Shown one piece after another: positions 45,705 to 54,508 of a DNA stretch of 64,000 nucleotides (its first letter is position 1; the number at the start of each line of letters is the position of its first letter). Source of the stretch: an uncultured Methanosarcinales archaeon (lineage in GTDB: Archaea > Nanobdellota > Nanobdellia > Woesearchaeales > JAGVZT01); assembly GCA_964354685.1 (NCBI GenBank), contig CAYHAM010000001.1, positions 2,284 through 66,283 of the forward strand. The letters are read 5' to 3'. A model generated the notes under the pieces. That model saw only the letters and a list, made by a program, of their open reading frames with translations, did no database searches and was not told the origin of the DNA. The translations under genes and the position numbers were made by a program.

Positions 45705-46658
45705 TTATATCCTCTTAACACTTATTGTTCTTGATATTGAAGATTTGTAACCATAATTAAGATCAAGCATCAAAATAGTTGTAAATGCTGTCTTGGGAAA
45801 ACCACTCATAGATGCCTCACAATAAATAACACCCCTCCCACTAACCAATCTAACAGGATTGGGTTTGCAATCTAAGATGTGTCCAGAGAGTTTTTGTGGG
45901 CTTACACTAACAATATCAATATTTGATGCCTTTAAGTTTGTACATGAACTAATAATTTTATCTACGCCTTCAATTATTGTTCCATCCCCTTCATTTGCAA
46001 TGTTGATGGTAAATCTTACCTTCTCTCTTGAAGAGTCAACACCAATACTTGTTATAGCAACTGGGCCTCCTTGGCCACTACCAAGGCTAATGTCACTTGC
46101 TGTGCATGCATCATCTTGGTTCTGTGTTGGGTCTGGGTCAACACAAACTTGGGCAGAGGCATGGGTTATATAATGATAACATGTGGTCAATTTCATATTG
46201 GTATCATATGAATCAACATTGTCTGGTAATGTAATACTCACAGATTGTTCTTCCAAAACATCATATCCTCCCACTGGGTTGTTCTCATCCCTTGCTTCCA
46301 AATTATTAATAGTTTTTCCCTTCCACTTAATATGGATTATATGGTCTTCATCGTGACCACTGAGCCAGAAACTAGGAGAGGTAGTAAATGCACCAAGGTT
46401 CCTCACTTCAACGATAAAAGGAACATTATCCCCGTCAAAAACCTCTGCCGGAGGACTATTCTGCATAAAGTTCATAACAATACCTTGCGTTCCTATATGA
46501 TAATCTGTTGTAGATTGTGTTGTGTTTGAGCCACAACCAGAAACAAAAATAACAAGGATTATAACAATTGTTGCTATCAATCTCTTTTTCATTTTACTAT
46601 TCACTTCTTTTAAAATGTGAATTGAACTTATATAAATCTTTTGTTTTTTTATATACAT
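45705..46658 (-). CDS. Lipoprotein-like surface protein with CARDB-like domains (paralog family A)
   Basis: VIFVSGCGSNTT. Motifs are GTQGIVMNFMQNSPPAEVFDGDNVPFIVEVRNLG and VRFTINIANEGDG. Confidence 0.45.
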   Translation of the reverse strand: MYIKKQKIYISSIHILKEVNSKMKKRLIATIVIILVIFVSGCGSNTTQSTTDYHIGTQGIVMNFMQNSPPAEVFDGDNVPFIVEVRNLGAFTTSPSFWLSGHDEDHIIHIKWKGKTINNLEARDENNPVGGYDVLEEQSVSITLPDNVDSYDTNMKLTTCYHYITHASAQVCVDPDPTQNQDDACTASDISLGSGQGGPVAITSIGVDSSREKVRFTINIANEGDGTIIEGVDKIISSCTNLKASNIDIVSVSPQKLSGHILDCKPNPVRLVSGRGVIYCEASMSGFPKTAFTTILMLDLNYGYKSSISRTISVKRI

Positions 46659-46699
46659 TAATCAAAAGAATTAAATAAAAAGCAAAATCACTGAAAAAT

Positions 46700-47590
46700 A
46701 TGCAAATAATATTTTTAGGCACATCGTGTATGGTGCCAACAAAGGAAAGAAACACATCTGCTGTTTTGATTAGTTATAAGGCTGAAAACATACTAATAGA
46801 CTGCGGGGAGGGTACCCAAAGACAGCTAAGGCTAGCAGGAATAAAACCAACTAAAATAACAAAGATATTGATAAGCCACTGGCACGGGGACCATGTTTTG
46901 GGTTTGCCAGGGCTTATACAAACAATGGGTGCATCTGAATATAGTGGCGTTCTTAAGATATATGGGCCAAAGGGCAGCCAAAAACATATTGAGAAGATGC
47001 TGGGTGCATTTGTTTTTGGCAATAAAGTTGATTTTAAAACCCTTGATATAACAAAAAAAAGATTTTTTGATAACAAGGATTTTGATTTAGAGGCCCTACC
47101 TCTAGATCATGGGATTGACTGCTTGGGTTTTAGCTTTGTTGAAAAGGATAGAAGAAAAATAAATATACAGACCATTAAAAAAATAGGTATTCCAGAAGGT
47201 CCTTTACTAGGCAGGCTTCAAAGTGGTAAATCAATATCCTTTAAAGGTAAGAGGATAACACCAGATCAAACAACCTATTTTGTTAAGGGTAGGAAAATAA
47301 GTTACATAGCAGACACCCTTCTATGCGATAATTGTATTAAGCTTGCTGATAATGCTGATTTGTTGATAAGTGAAGCTGTTTATGATTCTGGCTTAGAGAA
47401 CAAGGCTTTTGAATACAAGCATCTAACTGCAAAACAAGCTGGGTTAATAGCAAACCAAGCAAATGTTAAAAAACTTATTTTAACTCATTTTTCTCAGAGG
47501 TACAAGAACACCCAAGAGATTGAAGAGGATGCTAGAACTGTTTTTAATAATATAGTTTGTGCTGAGGATTTTATGAAGATAAAAATATAA
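46700..47590 (+). CDS. rnz: Ribonuclease Z (tRNA 3' endonuclease)
   Basis: MQIIFLGTSCMVPTKERNTSAVL...LIDCGEGTQRQL...ILISHWHGDHVLGLPGL is the MBL HxHxDH motif in an RNase Z arrangement. Confidence 0.8.
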   Translation: MQIIFLGTSCMVPTKERNTSAVLISYKAENILIDCGEGTQRQLRLAGIKPTKITKILISHWHGDHVLGLPGLIQTMGASEYSGVLKIYGPKGSQKHIEKMLGAFVFGNKVDFKTLDITKKRFFDNKDFDLEALPLDHGIDCLGFSFVEKDRRKINIQTIKKIGIPEGPLLGRLQSGKSISFKGKRITPDQTTYFVKGRKISYIADTLLCDNCIKLADNADLLISEAVYDSGLENKAFEYKHLTAKQAGLIANQANVKKLILTHFSQRYKNTQEIEEDARTVFNNIVCAEDFMKIKI

Positions 47591-47592
47591 AA

Positions 47593-47802
47593 CTAAGACT
47601 TTGCCGCTAGCTTTATATCCCCTGCTTTAACAGTTTTTCTGCCTGCATGCATAGCAAGCTTAACTGCATTAGATGCAATATCTTCTGCTATCTCTTCTAA
47701 GGCTGCTTTTAAAGCAACCTTTGCTTTGTCAGAAACCCTCTCAGCACCTGCCTTCTTCATAATCTTTTCCATTGCAGCTAAAGGAATCAATCTCTTTGAC
47801 AT
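47593..47802 (-). CDS. Archaeal histone (HMf-like histone fold)
   Basis: [64 protein letters not shown] closely matches HMfB. The start was trimmed to the internal Met. Confidence 0.85.
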   Translation of the reverse strand: MSKRLIPLAAMEKIMKKAGAERVSDKAKVALKAALEEIAEDIASNAVKLAMHAGRKTVKAGDIKLAAKS

Positions 47803-48010
47803 AAATACACCCCCTGATTGTTTATTTTCTGTTAATAAGTACAAATTAACCTTTATTTATAAGATTTTTGATTTTTCAAGGCGCTCTAGTCTTTTAAACA
47901 ACCTAAAAGGGAGCATATTAACTTAAAAAGGGTTTTCAATACCTTACACAGACAAAAGGGCCCAATAAATAACAAAAAGTATTTATCTATATAAAGATTA
48001 TATTGTTAAA

Positions 48011-48397
48011 ATGTCAAGTAAAAAGAAGGGGATAAACGCAGAGAGGGAGTTGATACATATGTTTTGGGGTAAGGGATGGGCTGCTATTAGGGTGGCAGGG
48101 TCTGGCTCATCAAAATACCCTTGCCCTGACATACTTGCCGGAAACAATCTAAGGAAGCTGGCGATAGAGTGCAAGTTTGTTTCTGGTGCAAACAAATATC
48201 TGCCTTATGAGGAAATCTCTCAACTAAACTTTTTCTCAAAAAGGTTTGGTGCAGAACCTTGGATTGGTATTAAGTTTGGCAACATTGGTTGGTTTTTCCT
48301 ATCTCTAGAAGATATTGTTAATGTTGGCAAGAATTTTAGAATCTCAAAAAAGATAGCAAAAGAGCGTGGTTTATTGTTTAATGAATTAATATCTTGA
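48011..48397 (+). CDS. hjc: Holliday junction resolvase Hjc
   Basis: KGINAERELIHMFWGKGWAAIRVAGSGSS...PDILAGNNLRKLAIECKF contains the Hjc catalytic Glu, Asp and E-x-K residues. Confidence 0.8.
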   Translation: MSSKKKGINAERELIHMFWGKGWAAIRVAGSGSSKYPCPDILAGNNLRKLAIECKFVSGANKYLPYEEISQLNFFSKRFGAEPWIGIKFGNIGWFFLSLEDIVNVGKNFRISKKIAKERGLLFNELIS

Positions 48398-48479
48398 ACA
48401 TGGTTTAAAAACAACAACAAAAGATTTATAAAAGTGTTTAACTATATTATAAATTATAAAAAAAGCAGGGAATTAGATA

Positions 48480-48986
48480 ATGGTAAGGGTTTCAAGAAAG
48501 CAATTTGAGTGGGTTGTCAGAAACGTTGCTGGTGAGGATGTAATTCCGCTTGCATGGCTTTTAAAGAACAAAAAAAATATTTCTGAGTTTGAGCTTGCTG
48601 AAGAGATTGGTGAAGAGGTAAACACAACAAGGAACAAGCTTTACAGATTAGATCAAGCGAACCTTGCCTCCTCTATTAGGAAGAAGGATGAAGAGAAAGG
48701 GTGGTATATTTACTATTGGTCATTAAAATATGAGAGAATACCTCCACTTATTAAACATATAAAAAGATCAAGATTAAATGAACTCAAAGAAAAGCTTGAC
48801 AAAGAGACCAATGATATTCTATTCCTCTGTAATAATGAGTGTGTTGTACTTGATTTTGACCAAGCATTGGATTTTAATTTTGTGTGTCCTGAATGTGGAT
48901 CTGTGATGAATCAGAAAGAGAATTGCAAGGAATATATGAACACCTTGAGATGTAAGATAAAAACATTGGAAGAAGAGATGAAATGA
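48480..48986 (+). CDS. tfe: Transcription factor E (TFE, TFIIE-alpha homolog)
   Basis: N-terminal winged helix (ISEFELAEEIGEEVNTTRNKLYRL) plus a C-terminal zinc ribbon (LCNNEC...CPECG). Confidence 0.7.
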   Translation: MVRVSRKQFEWVVRNVAGEDVIPLAWLLKNKKNISEFELAEEIGEEVNTTRNKLYRLDQANLASSIRKKDEEKGWYIYYWSLKYERIPPLIKHIKRSRLNELKEKLDKETNDILFLCNNECVVLDFDQALDFNFVCPECGSVMNQKENCKEYMNTLRCKIKTLEEEMK

Positions 48987-49867
48987 GTTCTAAAGTTGTA
49001 ATTGGATTGGCTCCTTCTGAAAAACTAGCAAAAGAGGTAGCAAAAAAGATAAATTATTGTTACATGGGGTTGAAGGTAAGCAAGTTTCCTGATGGTGAAT
49101 TTTATATCGATTTTCCAAAAGATGTAAAAAGAAAAGAGTTGATAATTGTCCAATCTCTTGTTGACCCAAATGAGAAAATAATAGAGTTGCTATTTGTTGG
49201 GAACACAGCAAAAGAGTTGGGTGCCAAAAAGATAACACTTGTTGCGCCATACCTTGCTTATATGCGCGCTGATCGCAGATTCCACAAAGGAGAGGTTGTG
49301 AGTTCAAGGGTGCTTGCAAGGGTTTTAAGCTCTTGCTTTGATGAGGTTGTGACAATAGACCCTCATCTCCACAGGATAAAAAGGTTATCAGATATTTTTT
49401 ATATTAAAACAAAGAGACTAACAAGTGTTGGATTGATTGCGGATTTCATCAAAAAACACCATAGAAAACCTATTATTATTGGTCCTGATGCTGAATCATT
49501 TCAATGGGCTAGGGCAGTTGCAAAAAAACTCAAAACAAAAGCCTATATTCTAAAAAAGAAGAGGATTAGTTCAAGAGAGGTTGTTATAAAAAACAAAGAT
49601 TTGGGTATTAAAAAATGTGATGTGGTAATTGTTGATGACATAATCAGCACAGGCCATACTATGATTGAAACAGTAATAGCAGCAAAAAAAGCCAAGGCCA
49701 AAAACATTTACTGTGTGGGTGTGCACGGGTTGTTTATTAAAGGGGCTTACAGAAAGATAAGAAAAGCTGGTGCAAAGGAGATTGTGACAACAAACACAAT
49801 ACCTAATAGTAATGCTAAAATAGACATCTCCTCTCTAATAACAAAAGCAATAAAATGTCAAAAATGA
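48983..49867 (+). CDS. prs: Ribose-phosphate pyrophosphokinase (PRPP synthetase)
   Basis: SKFPDGEFYIDF and the PRPP-binding loop VVIVDDIISTGHTM. Confidence 0.85.
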   Translation: MSSKVVIGLAPSEKLAKEVAKKINYCYMGLKVSKFPDGEFYIDFPKDVKRKELIIVQSLVDPNEKIIELLFVGNTAKELGAKKITLVAPYLAYMRADRRFHKGEVVSSRVLARVLSSCFDEVVTIDPHLHRIKRLSDIFYIKTKRLTSVGLIADFIKKHHRKPIIIGPDAESFQWARAVAKKLKTKAYILKKKRISSREVVIKNKDLGIKKCDVVIVDDIISTGHTMIETVIAAKKAKAKNIYCVGVHGLFIKGAYRKIRKAGAKEIVTTNTIPNSNAKIDISSLITKAIKCQK

Positions 49868-49952
49868 AAAGCATTTTTGAGTATGCCAAAAACGGTATAT
49901 CCTAAACATAAATGTTAGAGTTTTGCCGTTTTTTAGCATAAAAATATGAAAA

Positions 49953-50186
49953 TTATTTCCTTTTCTTTTGTATTTCTTTTTCAATTTCCTCTTCTTCTTT
50001 TTCTATTACTAACTCTTCCTTTAGTATTCTCTGTGTTAGTTTCTCAATATTTGTGTCTATTCTTGCCATTCTTCTTTCAACAAGAACAAGTATTCTTAGG
50101 CTATAGACTATCCCTGCAAGAGTTCCTAGAATCACCGCAAGGATCACTCCTTCAATACTTAACCCCTCCATAACCATGGCAAACAC
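49953..50186 (-). CDS. Small membrane protein with a charged coiled-coil tail
   Basis: One TM (ILAVILGTLAGIVYSL) followed by a K/E-rich tail. Confidence 0.25.
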   Translation of the reverse strand: MFAMVMEGLSIEGVILAVILGTLAGIVYSLRILVLVERRMARIDTNIEKLTQRILKEELVIEKEEEEIEKEIQKKRK

Positions 50187-50297
50187 CTCTTTTTGATAAA
50201 TATAATTCTGTAGAATGCTTCAAAACAAAGGTTATTTAAATAATTTTTGATTAAATAATGAGATATAATATCTTAAAGTATATAAGTGATTTTTAAT

Positions 50298-50322
50298 ACT
50301 TCTTTTTACTCAAAAGAAGTAG
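50298..50322. terminator. Hairpin TACTTCTTTT-TACTC-AAAAGAAGTA downstream of trmB-2
   Basis: Perfect 10-bp inverted repeat. Confidence 0.35.
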
Positions 50323-50388
50323 GTTACGCCTTATATATGAAAATAGGAATTAAAAAGAAGGTAAACGAAGAAATAAAGTTAAGCAATA

Positions 50389-51186
50389 TTAAGCCTCTTT
50401 CAACTTCTTCCAGTTGTCATCAAACATCCTTAACAAAGAAGATGCAAAGAACTCTGTGTTAACCCATATGCCCACATCATAAGTGGGATGGATTTTTTCA
50501 TCATCTGCTACCATAAATGCAATATCTTTACCATCAACAACCATAAATCTTGCTTTATCATCTGTGTGTCTAACTTCTGCATATTTTGATAATTCCTTCA
50601 AAATCTTTTTGTTTTCTTTAGTTATTGGAGCAGCTATCCTTATCTTGACCCCATTGCCTTTTGCTTTTTTAAATGCTCGTGCAAACTCCTCTGCTTTTCT
50701 TGTTAAGCCCTTGGATGTGGTTGAAAGTACAATTGATGTATTAGCATTTTTGATCATAGTCTCTAAATGTGCATAAAGATTACTTCTCCCTTTCAAAGAA
50801 CCAGATAAATCAGAGGGTTCAACAAGCTCTATCCCTGTTTTGTGCAAAAGGTTAAGCTCGTCGAGGAGCTCGCTCTTCCTAAAATCTTCTAGTAACTTGG
50901 TTTGTTTATCTGCTGAATTTTGAATCTTTTTCTTAACCCTCTCAAGAACCTCTTCTGGAGGTACTGCAATATATTTTATAGGTTTGCCAATTTTTATAAT
51001 AATAAATCCTTTTTTTTCAAGGCTTTCTAGAACATCATAGCTTCTTGACCTTGGTACATTTGCAATATCACTTAACTCTCCTGCTGTAGAAATCCCTCTT
51101 GAAAGCAGGGCAACCCAAAGCTTTGATTCATAACTGTTTAACCCGAAATCACGAAGACGATTTAAAAAATCTGTTTGCACAATCAT
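50389..51186 (-). CDS. TrmB-family transcriptional regulator (second paralog)
   Basis: YESKLWVALLSRGISTAGELSDIANVPRSRSYDVLESLEKKGFII is nearly identical in the wHTH to 15034..15861. Confidence 0.8.
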   Translation of the reverse strand: MIVQTDFLNRLRDFGLNSYESKLWVALLSRGISTAGELSDIANVPRSRSYDVLESLEKKGFIIIKIGKPIKYIAVPPEEVLERVKKKIQNSADKQTKLLEDFRKSELLDELNLLHKTGIELVEPSDLSGSLKGRSNLYAHLETMIKNANTSIVLSTTSKGLTRKAEEFARAFKKAKGNGVKIRIAAPITKENKKILKELSKYAEVRHTDDKARFMVVDGKDIAFMVADDEKIHPTYDVGIWVNTEFFASSLLRMFDDNWKKLKEA

Positions 51187-51631
51187 TCAACATCCTCTCC
51201 ATTATTTTAAAGTGAATTTTGCCAATATAAGGCTATATAAAGAACCCCTTTTTAGGATAGCATCGATTATAATAGTATAAAGGATAACACAACCAATATA
51301 TATACTTTTCTATTTTTATTATTATAAAGTAGCAAATAAGCCCCCACAGACCTTTAATTCTTGTGGAACTAATTTTTGATTAGAAAACTTGTTTCATAAT
51401 TTAAATCCTTTCTTCTTTTTTTTATTCTTTTATTTTTTTCTATATTGAAATATAATAATATAATATATAATATTCTTTTTCTTGTTTAATTAAGAGAAAA
51501 AACACAAAAACACCCAAACACACATAAAACACACATCTCCATTTGAAATTAAGGAGTAGGAACAGTATCAACCAAAAATATATTTCTTAACACAAGAAGG
51601 CTTAAATACCTATATTTCTTTTGGAAAAAAA
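51187..51631. other. Candidate replication origin (oriC). It is a 445-bp intergenic region with an AT-rich unwinding tract (51421..51480) flanked by inverted ORB-like elements TTCTTGTGG (51348..51356) and CACAAGAA (51591..51598), plus a CA-rich tract.
   Basis: Position immediately upstream of orc1/cdc6-polD as in Pyrococcus oriC. The elements are seen in the sequence. Confidence 0.45.
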
Positions 51632-52840
51632 ATGGTTCAAAAAGGGTTAGATAGGTTTTTTGACACTTATTTGGATAAAGAGTCTTTGTTTCTAGATAAG
51701 AAGATATTACAGAGTGCTTACACTCCAAAAGAAATACCCCATAGGGAAGACCAGATAAAAGGAATTGCAGAGATACTGGCACCAAGCTTAAAGCTTGACA
51801 AACCAAGCAACCTGTTCATATATGGTAAGACAGGCACAGGGAAAACAGTGTGTGTTAAATACACAACAAATGAGATCAAAAAAACAGCAGATAAGAGAAG
51901 AATCCCTATAAAGATATTATATTTAAATTGCAAGCTAAAGAGGGTTGCTGACACAGAATATAGGCTTATAGCACAGCTTGCACGCGAGATGGGCAAGTCT
52001 ATACCTCCAACTGGACTTCCAACAGACGAAGTTTATAAACTATTTTTTAACATAGTAGATAAGGAGGAGCAAATAATTGTCTTGATTTTAGATGAAATAG
52101 ATCAACTTGTAAAAAAAGCAGGAGATGGTATCTTATACAATCTAACTAGGATAAACACAGATCTAAAAAAAGCACAGATATCTCTGATAGGGATTTCTAA
52201 TGATTTAACCTTCACAGACACAATCGACCCAAGGATAAAATCATCGTTAAGTGAGGAAGAGCTTGTTTTCCCCCCTTACAATGCATTACAAATCCAGGAC
52301 ATTCTTAACCAAAGGAGGAGTAAGGCATTTAAGGCAGAAGTTTTGGAGTCTGGTGTTATTGAAAAGTGTGCAGCATATGCTGCTCGAGAGCATGGAGACG
52401 CAAGAAGAGCATTAGAGCTCTTGAGAGTGGCAGGAGAGATTGCTGAGAGAAAGGGTATAAACTCTGTTAAGATAGAACATATTGATGAAGCAGAAGAGAA
52501 AATTGAGCGCGACAGGGTTCTTGATATCGTTAAAACTCAACCAAAACAGTTTCAGGCCACATTGTACAGTATCCTCACAATCAAAAAAAACAGACGCGAT
52601 ATAATCTTAACAGGAGAGGTTTATGAATTTTACAAATCAGTTTGCTTGAAAACAGGGCTAAGACCTTTAACTCAAAGGAGAATCTCTGATATAATAGCAG
52701 AGCTTGATATGTTAGGAATTATTAATGCAAAAGTTATATCTAAAGGCAGATATGGTAGAACAAGAGAAATCTCTTTAGCAACTCCCCCTTCTACAGAACC
52801 GAAGATATTGGAAATACTAAAAACAGACCTTGATTTGTGA
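51632..52840 (+). CDS. cdc6: Orc1/Cdc6 replication initiator
   Basis: Walker A IYGKTGTGKTVCV, Walker B ILDEID, and a C-terminal winged helix. Confidence 0.88.
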   Translation: MVQKGLDRFFDTYLDKESLFLDKKILQSAYTPKEIPHREDQIKGIAEILAPSLKLDKPSNLFIYGKTGTGKTVCVKYTTNEIKKTADKRRIPIKILYLNCKLKRVADTEYRLIAQLAREMGKSIPPTGLPTDEVYKLFFNIVDKEEQIIVLILDEIDQLVKKAGDGILYNLTRINTDLKKAQISLIGISNDLTFTDTIDPRIKSSLSEEELVFPPYNALQIQDILNQRRSKAFKAEVLESGVIEKCAAYAAREHGDARRALELLRVAGEIAERKGINSVKIEHIDEAEEKIERDRVLDIVKTQPKQFQATLYSILTIKKNRRDIILTGEVYEFYKSVCLKTGLRPLTQRRISDIIAELDMLGIINAKVISKGRYGRTREISLATPPSTEPKILEILKTDLDL

Positions 52841-52891
52841 TTTTCATATAAAAAAATATGTTAATTAAAGAAAGTAATTAAAGAAGACCAG

Positions 52892-54508
52892 ATGGAAAAC
52901 TCAAAATTAAAACAAGAGGTCCTTTCTTATCTAGACAAAGGGTTCTTACTAAGCCCAGATTTTGTTAGTGACATAGATGAAACAACACAATTTCCTGAAG
53001 AGATTTTCGAGTCAAACTTGAAAAACAACAAAGGGTTGTTGATTCTTAATAAAGATCTACAAGAAATAATGTCTCAAAAATCTATTGAAATTTTTAATTG
53101 GAGAGAATTTGAGAAATCATTGGCCAACTATGAAAAACAAAAGAACATTAGAACATATAACTCTTTTATAGAATACTTAAAAAAGCAAGATATACCCTTA
53201 ACCAAAACAGAACCTCTTAGAGTTACAGAAGAACAATCAAAAGAAGACAATGAGCTAAAAGTAGTTTTTTCCTATAGAGAGGAATCAAAGAAAAGAACAG
53301 TCCAAGACTTTATAGGGCTTTTTAACATAAGATACAAGTCTATAGAAGGATTGCTTAAGAATAGGAGAGAGCTACAAGGCATTTCTTCGATAAATCGTAT
53401 AAAATCAAAGAGTGACAGGGAGGAAGTATCTTTAATAGGGATGGTTATGGATAAGCAAATAACCAAGAACAAAAACATAATACTCTCCCTAGAAGACCTG
53501 TCTGGTACAATAAATATTCTAGTGAGCAAGAACAAACCAGAGGTATATTCTCTTGTAAAAGATATAATACTAGATGAAACAATAGGGGTTACAGGAGTTT
53601 GTGGGAAGAACATTGTTTTTGCAAACAACATCCTATTACCTGACATACCATCAAATAGAGAACTAAAAAAATCAGCCACAGAGAATTATTTTGTTGTTTT
53701 GTCTGATTTACATGTTGGTTCAACAAATTTTTTAGCAGAGGAGTTTGATAGATTTTTGCAATGGATCAATGGAGAAATTGGCAATGAAAAACAAAGGGAG
53801 CTTGCAAGCAAGATAGGTTTTTTGTTTATATTAGGAGACCTTGTTGATGGAGTAGGTGTTTATCCAGAGCAAAACACAGAGTTGGTGATAAAGGATATAT
53901 TCAAGCAATACGAGGTTTGTGCAGAATACTTACGAAGAATCCCTTCCAACATAAAGATAATTATTATACCCGGGAATCACGATGCAATGAGGCTTGCGGA
54001 ACCCCAACCAGAATTATACAAGGATCTAGCAGCACCTATATGGGCTCTACCAAACGTGACCTTACTTAGCAACCCCTCTTATGTTAATATATTGTCCTCT
54101 AAGGATTTCCCTGGTTTTGACTTTCTTCTCTACCACGGGTATAGTTTCACATACTATGCAGATGTTATTGAATCAATAAGGTCTAAGGGAGGAGTTGACA
54201 AAGGAGACCTTATAATGAAATTTTTATTACAAAGAAGGCACCTAGCCCCCACACACAAATCCACACAATATCTTCCCAACACCAACAACGACGCATTGGT
54301 AATAGATAAGGTACCAGATTTTTTCTTAACAGGACACTTACACAAATCTGTTGTTGCAAACTACAAAAATATAACATTGATTTGCGGTAGCTGCTGGCAA
54401 TCCAAAACCACTTTTATGGAAAAACTAGGAATCCATCCAGAGCCAGCAAAAGTACCTGTGGTAAATTTACATACAAGAGAGGTAAAGGTATTGAGGTTTG
54501 GGAAATGA
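52892..54508 (+). CDS. DNA polymerase II (PolD) small subunit DP1
   Basis: Calcineurin-like phosphoesterase motifs LSDLHVGS, ILGDLVDG and IIPGNHD, plus an OB domain. It overlaps DP2 by 4 bp. Confidence 0.85.
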   Translation: MENSKLKQEVLSYLDKGFLLSPDFVSDIDETTQFPEEIFESNLKNNKGLLILNKDLQEIMSQKSIEIFNWREFEKSLANYEKQKNIRTYNSFIEYLKKQDIPLTKTEPLRVTEEQSKEDNELKVVFSYREESKKRTVQDFIGLFNIRYKSIEGLLKNRRELQGISSINRIKSKSDREEVSLIGMVMDKQITKNKNIILSLEDLSGTINILVSKNKPEVYSLVKDIILDETIGVTGVCGKNIVFANNILLPDIPSNRELKKSATENYFVVLSDLHVGSTNFLAEEFDRFLQWINGEIGNEKQRELASKIGFLFILGDLVDGVGVYPEQNTELVIKDIFKQYEVCAEYLRRIPSNIKIIIIPGNHDAMRLAEPQPELYKDLAAPIWALPNVTLLSNPSYVNILSSKDFPGFDFLLYHGYSFTYYADVIESIRSKGGVDKGDLIMKFLLQRRHLAPTHKSTQYLPNTNNDALVIDKVPDFFLTGHLHKSVVANYKNITLICGSCWQSKTTFMEKLGIHPEPAKVPVVNLHTREVKVLRFGK

